In this document: positions 51,050 to 58,890 of the stretch, in pieces | Position numbering within the stretch: position 1 is the stretch's first letter | Layout of the letters: each line of letters starts with the position of its first letter | Origin: Clostridiaceae bacterium | Lineage (GTDB): Bacteria; Bacillota; Clostridia; Saccharofermentanales; DTU023 | Length of the DNA: 64,000 bases | NCBI GenBank assembly: GCA_012841015.1 | Contig: DUVN01000014.1 | Location: 65,663-129,662 of the forward strand | Reading direction: 5' to 3' | Made by a program: the position numbers and the translations under genes | The notes under the pieces: generated by a model | What the model saw: only the letters and a program-made list of their open reading frames with translations | The model's database searches: none | Told to the model about the DNA's origin: nothing

Positions 51050-52132
51050 ATGACGGGAAAAATTCATCTTGTCGTCCTTTTTGGCGGTCAATCTGGTGAG
51101 CACGAGGTCTCCCGTACGTCAGCTTCCTATATTATCGATACGCTTCTGACTTGTGAAGAATACGACATTTACCCTGTCGGTATCACGAAGGAGGGGAGCT
51201 GGTATTACTACGAAGGTGCTATTTCAGCGTTACCTGACGGCAGCTGGTTTGAGTCAGGTCCCATCGCTCCTGCGACCTTAATTCCTGATACAGGGCGACA
51301 TTTTCTTTACGTGGAGCGTCGAGATGGCATTGAGAAGTTCCCGGTAGATTGTGTCTTTCCCGTACTCCATGGATCGAACGGCGAAGACGGGACAATCCAA
51401 GGGATGCTGGAGATGGCGGGAATTGCGTTTGTCGGTTGTGGGATGACATCGAGTGCCCTAGCAATGGATAAGGTGTTCGCCAATGCACTCTTCGATTATT
51501 GCAACATTCCCCAGACGAAATGGCGCTGGATCGACGAAGCGTCATGGCGATGCGATCGCGAAAACGTCTTAAGTGAAGCACTGGAGGGGCTGAAATACCC
51601 CCTCTTCATCAAACCTGCACGAGGAGGATCATCGCTCGGTATTACACGTATCACATCGCCAGAAGAGGCGGAGTGTGCGTTTGAATCGGCATTTAAACAT
51701 GATCGTAAGATCATCATTGAAGAAGGTGTAGTCGGAAGAGAACTAGAAGTTGCCGCGATCGGTGGCTATGAAACTCCTTTCTTATCCCCTGTCGGTGAGA
51801 TCATTCCAGATCGCGATTTCTATGACTACGACTCAAAATATAAAGAGAGCTCCACATCAAAACTCATTATCCCGGCGCCGTTGACGACAGAGAAGTTGAA
51901 TGAGATCCGACAAGTCGCCACACGTGCCTATCAAGCGCTCGATTGTTATGGCCTTTGTCGGATAGACTTTTTTCTTACGGATGATGATCGCGTCCTTTTA
52001 AATGAGATCAACACAATTCCCGGATTCGTGAGCATCAGTATGTATCCGCGGCTACTTCGGTCGGCAGGCTATGGAGACGCCGAAGTTTTGCGGGAGCTAG
52101 TTCGCCTCGCTCTCGTACGCGACAAATCGTAG
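51050..52132 (+). CDS. ddl: D-alanine--D-alanine ligase
   Basis: LFGGQSGEHEVS N-terminus, HGSNGEDGTIQG, ATP-grasp core and C-terminal EINTIPGF. Confidence 0.95.
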   Translation: MTGKIHLVVLFGGQSGEHEVSRTSASYIIDTLLTCEEYDIYPVGITKEGSWYYYEGAISALPDGSWFESGPIAPATLIPDTGRHFLYVERRDGIEKFPVDCVFPVLHGSNGEDGTIQGMLEMAGIAFVGCGMTSSALAMDKVFANALFDYCNIPQTKWRWIDEASWRCDRENVLSEALEGLKYPLFIKPARGGSSLGITRITSPEEAECAFESAFKHDRKIIIEEGVVGRELEVAAIGGYETPFLSPVGEIIPDRDFYDYDSKYKESSTSKLIIPAPLTTEKLNEIRQVATRAYQALDCYGLCRIDFFLTDDDRVLLNEINTIPGFVSISMYPRLLRSAGYGDAEVLRELVRLALVRDKS

Positions 52133-52178
52133 TTGCAAACAAAATAGCGAAAGTGAATCATTAGTAGAGGTAAGGCAA

Positions 52179-53771
52179 ATGTTTTTAATGGAGATGTCAA
52201 CTGTCATAAATGCAGTCGTTCTTGAATCACCAGTCCAGATAACAGGCACGGCCGTGATCGTATTGTCCGCTGTTGGAATTCTCGCTCTCGTGATGATTGG
52301 TTTGGTAGTCACAAGGGTACTTGCCAACCGCAAGTATGTCGAATTTGCGAGAGAGTTGGCGGAGGACGCCGTTGACGCTTTGGATAGTGCAGGTCATAAA
52401 GAAGGCGAAACAGCTGCGGAAGCTGTTCAGAGAGCGTTTTCGTCCTCACGTCAAGCTTTGCGTCGGTTCGGCGAAGCGATGCGTGAGACGAGCGAGGTGC
52501 TCTATGAGGGGCGTTGGATTGCCGATCCGAGAGATATCTTCTTGACACAGGGTTTTTTTACGACGACTGCTGTACAGATGCGGACAAGACTGGTCGCATG
52601 GCTCTGTTTCGCGATTAGTTCTGTTGCGGCTGCTGTGCTTATACCGGTGATGACCTATATGGACATTCCTGTCAATCCTCTCTACGTTGCCATTCCTCTA
52701 TTTGTCATTGGTCTTGTTTGCGGACTATTCCTCTTGATACTGAATGAGCGTACTACATTGAATAAAGTAGAGGATTGCGAGCGGCATGTCACCGCTGCTC
52801 TTGCGTCCTTTGTTCCTGTATTTCAAGACAAGGTAGGTGTTGCAATACTCGTGAATGAAGTGATTGGATACGGTGAGAAAATGCGCGAAGAAGTAAAATC
52901 TTTCAGCGTCATAGCAGAAGAGCTCGCTAAAGGCGAGTTCGCAGAGGGCATTAAGGTTGGCGTGCGCGATATCATGACGGAAGAAGTTGTCCCGCCGCTG
53001 CAAGAATCGAACTATGCGTTGACAGAGCTTGCCACATCACTTGCAAAGAAACAAGAGCACGGTATGGAGCAACTGGCAGACACGTTCTCCGAGTCGGTGG
53101 CACGTTATCTATCGATTCATATGTCGGCATTTCCCGAGAAGCTCCAGGCACTTCATCGCGTCATCGACCAGAGTGCGATCATGATGGAGGAATCGAATAG
53201 GGCGCTTGAGCAGGCGAAAAAGGAAAACATGGAAGTCAATAGTGATGTCCGTGAAGTGCTTCGTTTGATGGCGCTAGCCAAGGATGATATGGCAAATGAG
53301 ATGGCGTTTATCAGCGACAATCTTGCGATCATTGGGTCAAGCACCGACAGGATGACTGCACTTTATGCAGGTGAAGAGACAAACCTAGCCTCGCACATCA
53401 ATCAGATGACAGAACAGCTCCGCATCTATTCAGAAAAGCTCGATAAAGGAATCGTTGAGAGCGCTAAGGCGATCGATGCTTCCGTTGACATGGCTAGAAC
53501 TCAAAACAGGCAATCGCTGGCACTGCTCGACAGACTTGATGCGCAATTACACTCGCTCGACGAACTTGGCAGATTGATCTCACAAAATACAACGCACTTT
53601 ACACGCGAGTCGAGCGAATACGTCATCAAAACTCTTAATGAGTTTGACGCAAACTTAGCTGAAGTCGTTGAGCGACTGACATTTACAACAGCGGAGATTC
53701 GTGATGCTATTGATCCGCTTCCGCCGACCATCCGCAAAGCAGGACTCGGACGTGAAGTATATGACGTATAG
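52179..53771 (+). CDS. Hypothetical membrane-anchored coiled-coil protein
   Basis: Three predicted TM helices (about residues 23-48, 137-160 and 168-190) followed by about 330 aa of heptad-like helical sequence. No family was recognised. Confidence 0.6.
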   Translation: MFLMEMSTVINAVVLESPVQITGTAVIVLSAVGILALVMIGLVVTRVLANRKYVEFARELAEDAVDALDSAGHKEGETAAEAVQRAFSSSRQALRRFGEAMRETSEVLYEGRWIADPRDIFLTQGFFTTTAVQMRTRLVAWLCFAISSVAAAVLIPVMTYMDIPVNPLYVAIPLFVIGLVCGLFLLILNERTTLNKVEDCERHVTAALASFVPVFQDKVGVAILVNEVIGYGEKMREEVKSFSVIAEELAKGEFAEGIKVGVRDIMTEEVVPPLQESNYALTELATSLAKKQEHGMEQLADTFSESVARYLSIHMSAFPEKLQALHRVIDQSAIMMEESNRALEQAKKENMEVNSDVREVLRLMALAKDDMANEMAFISDNLAIIGSSTDRMTALYAGEETNLASHINQMTEQLRIYSEKLDKGIVESAKAIDASVDMARTQNRQSLALLDRLDAQLHSLDELGRLISQNTTHFTRESSEYVIKTLNEFDANLAEVVERLTFTTAEIRDAIDPLPPTIRKAGLGREVYDV

Positions 53772-53778
53772 AAGATAG

Positions 53779-55170
53779 ATGAGCATGGTGATGGACGAGA
53801 GGGGAAATCTTAATCGAGCTCAGAATATAGAGGGTGAAAGCACGAGAAAACGTGTAATCCGTCCTCTTAGGCTTCCCTCCATTCTGAAGGAGAAGTCGCC
53901 TCGTGACGATAAATTCACGCTTGGTTCTCCCGAGCTGATCGAGGCGGCTGAAGAACTGTTGAAGTCAGACAAGAGTACTGGACGTTCGACGGAGCGCGTT
54001 GAAGAACTGCCGAACGCAAGTGATGATCCAACGATATCTTCAGTTGTTCCTACTGGGCCCTTGGGCGTTCGCGAACAGTCTGCGAGAGCTGTTATGATAC
54101 GACCGTCTAAGCCTTTAAGCGTTGGTGATGAGCGTATTCGAGGAACAACACGTCCTAAATCCCTCGATGTCAGAGATGAGCCTGTGAGAGTTGCAGTACG
54201 ACCTGCTGAGCCTTTTTTGGATGAAAGTGACGATTATCTGGCAGATGCAGTACCTGCTGCCCCTCTAGCTAGCGATGCACTTGAGGTAGGTATAACACCT
54301 TCTGAACCGTTTGATGTTGACGAGGGGTCTGATACAGACAGAGCAGAACAAGCTGAACCCACATTACCTATGCTTGTAAGAAGGCCGCGAGAGTTTCGGA
54401 TAAGCAGAAAGCACGTTCCTGAAAAGGATAGTGCTCGTGAGGGAAGAAGTGTCAAAAAATCACTCATCCCTCTCCGCTACAAATCGCTAGAGGAAGCGAT
54501 GGGCGGTCTAAGAGATTTTCACCCTTTACCCTTTGAACTTATTCTTACGCAGACGCCGCACTATTCGACATGGATCATGACACAAATCAAGGGTGCCAAA
54601 ACAAAAAAAGAACTCAAAGAGCTCGCATTTAGTCTTTCCTATAAAGATTTGAGTCTTTTGTTTACAACGCTCTCTACGAAAAAGAAGCGAGATGAAATTG
54701 ATCAGATTGTGAATTTGATCCGTCTACGCGCGAGCCATTATCTCTATCTGTGCGGATGGTTGACGCTTCAGTACTGTTATCCACGTTCATCTGTTTCGCG
54801 TGCTCTTTCCGATCTCTGTACAATTCTAGAAGATTTAACTTACGTGAGAGACAACCGTCTTCACAGCCAACGAATCAGCCGAGAACCTTTGGCGCTTCCC
54901 GTTGTTTCGCTCGGGAGGGGACGTGTTATCTGGACGCGTGTACCGTTGATTTCGCGGATTTCTTCACCGAACAGTCGTCATTTTATTGCCGATATCGTGA
55001 CTGAGATGATTGAGTCCAAAGTTGATCCAGAGGCTTTCTTCACAGAGTACGCGATTATTCCAGGACAGCCGCTGGCCAACGCGATTGAAGTCCGCTACAA
55101 CGAAATGGTCACAGGTGTCGCTGCTAATCCGTTGCTCTCGAGCGATTTCTTCGATCGTTTCAGGCGCTAG
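53779..55170 (+). CDS. Hypothetical protein with a disordered N-terminal half carrying R-P-x-x-P/L short repeats
   Basis: The ORF starts 8 nt after the preceding gene. Repeats such as VIRPLRLP, MIRPSKPL, TTRPKSLD and AVRPAEPF occur in the N-terminal half. The roughly 230-aa C-terminal region was not recognised. Confidence 0.55.
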   Translation: MSMVMDERGNLNRAQNIEGESTRKRVIRPLRLPSILKEKSPRDDKFTLGSPELIEAAEELLKSDKSTGRSTERVEELPNASDDPTISSVVPTGPLGVREQSARAVMIRPSKPLSVGDERIRGTTRPKSLDVRDEPVRVAVRPAEPFLDESDDYLADAVPAAPLASDALEVGITPSEPFDVDEGSDTDRAEQAEPTLPMLVRRPREFRISRKHVPEKDSAREGRSVKKSLIPLRYKSLEEAMGGLRDFHPLPFELILTQTPHYSTWIMTQIKGAKTKKELKELAFSLSYKDLSLLFTTLSTKKKRDEIDQIVNLIRLRASHYLYLCGWLTLQYCYPRSSVSRALSDLCTILEDLTYVRDNRLHSQRISREPLALPVVSLGRGRVIWTRVPLISRISSPNSRHFIADIVTEMIESKVDPEAFFTEYAIIPGQPLANAIEVRYNEMVTGVAANPLLSSDFFDRFRR

Positions 55171-55256
55171 CGTGGACATTCAGCATCAATTCTGTGGTAA
55201 ACTATTTGGCGTGCCAGCTACCGGATGGTCGTCTGGTTAGCTAACATATAACAAGT

Positions 55257-55347
55257 GGAGGCGTACCGAAGTGGCCGTAACGGGGCGCTCTCGAAAAGCG
55301 TTTGTCGGGTGACCGACACGTGAGTTCGAATCTCACCGCCTCCGCCA
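55257..55347 (+). tRNA. tRNA-Ser (anticodon CGA)
   Basis: Acceptor GGAGGCG/CGCCTCC, anticodon loop CTCGAAA, long variable arm (TGTCGGGTGACCGACA), T-arm GTGAG-TTCGAAT-CTCAC, encoded CCA. Confidence 0.92.
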
Positions 55348-55355
55348 CAATTTGT

Positions 55356-55395
55356 CCTAAAACGCCGTCATACTAGGCGTTTTGGGACTTTTTTT
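55356..55395 (+). terminator. Rho-independent terminator after tRNA-Ser
   Basis: CCTAAAACGCC / GGCGTTTTGGG stem followed by ACTTTTTTT. Confidence 0.8.
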
Positions 55396-55513
55396 ACCCT
55401 GAAGGTATTAAGCCCTGAAGGTAAACTGCACCCTATAGAACGGATACGAGCAGTTTTCAAAAACCCTGATGAGCAAAATGAAAATATTGATCACAGTACT
55501 TACCGTAATTGTG

Positions 55514-55563
55514 TAGACGTCAAACCTGCCGGCGGTTCCTACTACCGACATGTTTGACGTCTA
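55514..55563. repeat. Perfect 12-bp inverted repeat TAGACGTCAAAC / GTTTGACGTCTA separated by 26 bp
   Basis: Read directly: arms at 55514-55525 and 55552-55563. No adjacent T-tract on either strand. Confidence 0.8.
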
Positions 55564-55689
55564 TTTCTAAATCTGCCAAAAACAGCGTACAATCGACCCA
55601 ACCACCGTCCTCGTCTGAAATAATGACATCATTTAAGTTTAATATCAGATCATGCCGAATTGGTTGTACCCGCTTCGTATGCAGTCATA

Positions 55690-56910
55690 TCACCATCCAA
55701 TTTCGTTACTGTATCTGCCTTTCATGCTCGCCTCGGCAAGAACATGCCCTTTTATGGCCTCGTCAAATTGTTCTTTTGTAAATCCATTTTCAAGCTGAAC
55801 TAAGGAATCAAGAGCATAAACTGTAATGACATACGTATGGGGTTTATCGGGCGGTGTAGGGCCGCCGTAACCGATTTTTCCGAAATCATTTTCCCCCTGC
55901 ACCATGTCCGCCGCCATCGTAATGCTTGCGTCTTCGGGCAGCTCGTTGTCTTTCAAGTTTACGACTGTCCAATGAAACCATTCATAACCGCATAACGGCA
56001 CAGAGTCCGGATCGGTCATTTTGATCGCATAACAAACAGTATTGTCAGGTGCATAGTTTATTGAGATCGGGAATGATCGCGTCGGCACATCGTCTTCCAT
56101 CTGCCCTCCAAACATGCCGTACTGCGGCCATATATCACCATCTACGATATCCCTGCTACTCACCTCCATCTCCATTGTTCCCGTGGCGTGTTTCAAGGCA
56201 CAGTTAACGGCTTCCTGCATCGGAAATGATCCGTCAAAGTACTTTGTGCCTTTTATTACTGTAATTGATGCGGGCGGATCACTACCTATGAAGCTTTCAA
56301 TCCATGTTTCGGCGCCGGATGTCATATCGATGTAGGATACATCAATTCGCCATCGGATCGCGGGCAGTATGCCTGCACCGTAGGATGTATAAGTGAAAAC
56401 TGTTTCGGGAATGGCGGTCATTTGAATAAACGTATCGCACGCTACTAGGCTTGCCGGAATATTATCTTTCGGCAATTGCGCCATACAGTCGAGGAATAGA
56501 CCATTTTTACCTTTCAGCGAAGCTTCAGTGTTTTCATGCTGCTTATAGAATATTAGTGCGCGCTTGCCATCAGCGTGGCTTACGTTCAAGTCATATTTGT
56601 CTATTGGGAGAATAAATCCGTTGCGCATGACACCAGGTTTTTTAAAATCGACTATTTTATCTTTGTTTTTCTCCATATATTCTGCAAAAAAAGCGCCAAA
56701 GTCGTCCGGATTAGTTAGCAGCCTCTTTGCTGCTTCGGCAATGTTCCCAGTTGTTACTTTGCCGTCCATAAAATAAGGCCCGTCAGTTGCTAATGGCTGC
56801 GGTTTGTCTATTGTCAATGCGCTTTTTATCGGTGCGTTGCCGGGCTGACTACTACAGGCTGTTAACAGTAGGACAAATACGATGACAAGAGCTAAATTTG
56901 ATCGTTTCAT
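55690..56910 (-). CDS. Lipoprotein with C-terminal PEBP (YbhB/YbcL, Raf-kinase-inhibitor-like) domain
   Basis: Lipobox LLTAC after a signal peptide. The C-terminus (WFHWTVVNL...YGGPTPPDKPHTYVITVYALD) matches the PEBP family. ATG 56910 is preceded by GGAGGA. Confidence 0.8.
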   Translation of the reverse strand: MKRSNLALVIVFVLLLTACSSQPGNAPIKSALTIDKPQPLATDGPYFMDGKVTTGNIAEAAKRLLTNPDDFGAFFAEYMEKNKDKIVDFKKPGVMRNGFILPIDKYDLNVSHADGKRALIFYKQHENTEASLKGKNGLFLDCMAQLPKDNIPASLVACDTFIQMTAIPETVFTYTSYGAGILPAIRWRIDVSYIDMTSGAETWIESFIGSDPPASITVIKGTKYFDGSFPMQEAVNCALKHATGTMEMEVSSRDIVDGDIWPQYGMFGGQMEDDVPTRSFPISINYAPDNTVCYAIKMTDPDSVPLCGYEWFHWTVVNLKDNELPEDASITMAADMVQGENDFGKIGYGGPTPPDKPHTYVITVYALDSLVQLENGFTKEQFDEAIKGHVLAEASMKGRYSNEIGW

Positions 56911-57183
56911 TCGTTCAATCCTCCACAATGGAAATCAGTTTTGATTAAAGTCGCCAATAAGATAGAAACGTCAGCTTATGTTATCCCACCTATCGCCGAC
57001 CGTCATTTGCAGCTTCCGGATTTATTTTCACTTTCAGTATACGCCTCAATGCCCCCTCGGTTGTCTGCTTTGAGCATACAACTGACCTTTATCTTAGCGC
57101 TACTCTACTAGAAAGACAGCGTTGGAGTGGTGATGAAGGCGTAGCAATGCCCGCCAAGTTAACGAATAATGGAGGTTTTCAGA

Positions 57184-57501
57184 ATGGACATTTTTTTAAC
57201 AATTATTGGTGCAGTGGTCATCGTTGCATTCGTATTTTTTCTTATTGTTGTTATACCGATAATCTTCGGAAAACTCTTTCTTCGATGGTCGGGTAAGAGG
57301 ATGCGTTACGTATTTTCAGAATCGCTTTCGACAATTCTAGCTGCAGTGATCGGTTCATTGGTGTTAACCGGCTTGATTTTGTTGATCGGTTTAGTATTTA
57401 AGAAGCAATGGGCTTTCTCAGGGGGACTCCTTCTTGTGTACACATTTTGGATTGCGATTAAGGTGGTTCGGGAAAATATATGGCGTTCAAGAGGACTGTG
57501 A
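57184..57501 (+). CDS. Small hypothetical membrane protein (3 TM)
   Basis: About 105 aa and strongly hydrophobic. ATG 57184 lies 8 nt after GGAGG (57171-57175). Confidence 0.5.
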   Translation: MDIFLTIIGAVVIVAFVFFLIVVIPIIFGKLFLRWSGKRMRYVFSESLSTILAAVIGSLVLTGLILLIGLVFKKQWAFSGGLLLVYTFWIAIKVVRENIWRSRGL

Positions 57502-57577
57502 TAAACAGGAAGTAAGGAAAAGAAGAAAAAGAAGAAAACAATTCTTTGAGTGTCTTTTCAGGTTCGTGGGGCTGAGA

Positions 57578-57849
57578 AGCCGGTCTCTATGACCAAGGGT
57601 ATCATGTTCTAACCGTCCCAATCAACGCCCTTATATGCAGCTGGCCTCTACGACTATTGGTATCACGTTTCGGTATCTCTACAGACGTTTGTTGTCCACA
57701 GCTTGCCTCTACGACCATGAGTATTACCGAGCTATCCATCTATCGCGAACATAAATCGCTAATCGGTCTCTACGACCATGTGTATTACAATCCGGTCTAA
57801 GTTCTCGGATGACTCTAGGCAAGTCGGTCTCTATGACCAAGGGTATTAC
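57578..57849 (+). repeat. Degenerate repeat-spacer array: five 24-28-nt repeats at an exact 61-bp period
   Basis: Repeat cores start at 57582, 57643, 57704, 57765 and 57826. Consensus GGTCTCTAYGACCAWGNGTATYAC, preceded by AGYY. The intervening roughly 33-37 nt differ from each other. Confidence 0.85.
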
Positions 57850-57863
57850 TGTTGTCTTACATC

Positions 57864-58005
57864 GGTTGGTCAAAATTTGCACCTTGAGTACGACCCCTTT
57901 GCCTAAAGCGTCATTTTTGACCATTTTCAAGCGACTTCAAGACAATTCTGGTCAAAATTTCCACTTTGAGCACCAAATGCTTGCCGAAAGCGTATTTTTT
58001 GTCCA
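57864..58005 (+). repeat. Two further copies of the 60-nt hairpin repeat seen at 9086-9380
   Basis: Copies at 57864-57923 and 57946-58005. They have the same orientation, the same 82-bp start-to-start distance and a 22-nt linker beginning TTTT. Confidence 0.85.
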
Positions 58006-58152
58006 GATTAGAAAATATGTAGTGACTCCGGAATTGCAAGGAGGCGTTTTAATCTACAACCTTAAATAGAAAAACAGTGCGGCATGACCACAAACAATGG
58101 AGGACACTGCATGTTTGCTAAGCAAATTACTGTCTGTTCACGCACAATTTCA

Positions 58153-58348
58153 GGTCGATCATTGACCACTCTAGGTTGAGTTTGCCCCGTTGCCCACGCC
58201 TATTCTCGCATGCTTTCGGGTTGATTCCTACGCCCAAGTGCGCGATCAATGCGGTGTGGGGCTAACACGACGGAAAGTAGGTCGATCCCCACGCTCAAGT
58301 GCGCGCTACACAAAAAAGCACCTATTCTCGCACGCTTTCGGGTCGATC
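58153..58348 (+). repeat. Mosaic repeat array, again in 61-bp register
   Basis: GGTYGATY cores start at 58153, 58219, 58280 and 58341 (steps 66, 61, 61). A 28-nt segment CCTATTCTCGCAYGCTTTCGGGTYGATY occurs at 58199 and 58321. A 26-nt segment GGTYGATYCCYACGCYCAAGTGCGCG occurs at 58219 and 58280. Confidence 0.8.
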
Positions 58349-58443
58349 AGAGCCACTAACGGACCTGGTGCGCAAAAACTGTGTGCCAGATTTGAGCGCT
58401 GGGGAAAAAGCGGGCTATCTCGTTTTGAGACAGCCACGACACT

Positions 58444-58857
58444 TTATTCCGAAGCCAACTTATGTCCTAATTCGCGGCAGGCAGCAAGTCCGTCTATGTC
58501 AGGCATTAGGTGGCAAATTAAACCATCGGCCACCAACCGGATACCGAGTCCTTCACAATCTTCTTGCCAGTTTCTCATCCATTCGCCATCACCCCAATCA
58601 TAAGAGCCAAACAGCGCAATTTTCTTGCCGGACAACTTTCCCTTCACGCTGTCAAACATGGGCGCAAACTCGCCGTCCTCTAATTCTTCAGACCCCATAG
58701 ATGGGCACCCGAAGGCAATCGCTTCATAGCCAGACATCAATTCAGCATTAAAATCGCTTGCATGGTACAAATCAGCGTTACAAGTTTTGGCAATTTCTTC
58801 AGCCATCGTTTCCGTATTACCAGATCCGCTCCAATAAACTACAGCTATTTTAGACAT
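58444..58857 (-). CDS. Short-chain flavodoxin
   Basis: MSKIAVVYWSGSGNTETMAEEIA FMN-binding N-terminus, 137 aa, RBS AGGAGG. Confidence 0.9.
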   Translation of the reverse strand: MSKIAVVYWSGSGNTETMAEEIAKTCNADLYHASDFNAELMSGYEAIAFGCPSMGSEELEDGEFAPMFDSVKGKLSGKKIALFGSYDWGDGEWMRNWQEDCEGLGIRLVADGLICHLMPDIDGLAACRELGHKLASE

Positions 58858-58890
58858 GAATGAAACCTCCTTAAAATAATAATTTGTATG

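Noticed and set aside
52179-53771. ZorA-like (Zorya anti-phage) assignment for the 3-TM plus long coiled-coil protein
   Set aside because: The topology is only superficially similar. I saw no MotA/ExbB channel motif, no ZorB-like TM plus peptidoglycan-binding partner, and the downstream protein has no EH-type signature that I could find. I left it as hypothetical.
57724-58069. Track ORFs 57724-57930 (-) and 57809-58069 (+)
   Set aside because: Both run through the 61-bp array and the hairpin repeats, lack RBSs, and encode repeat-driven sequence. I treated them as non-coding.
58190-58700. Track ORFs 58190-58603 (+) and 58299-58700 (+)
   Set aside because: They begin inside the mosaic repeat array and continue antisense to the well-supported flavodoxin gene. 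Their Arg/Ser/Pro-rich products are typical of spurious frames.
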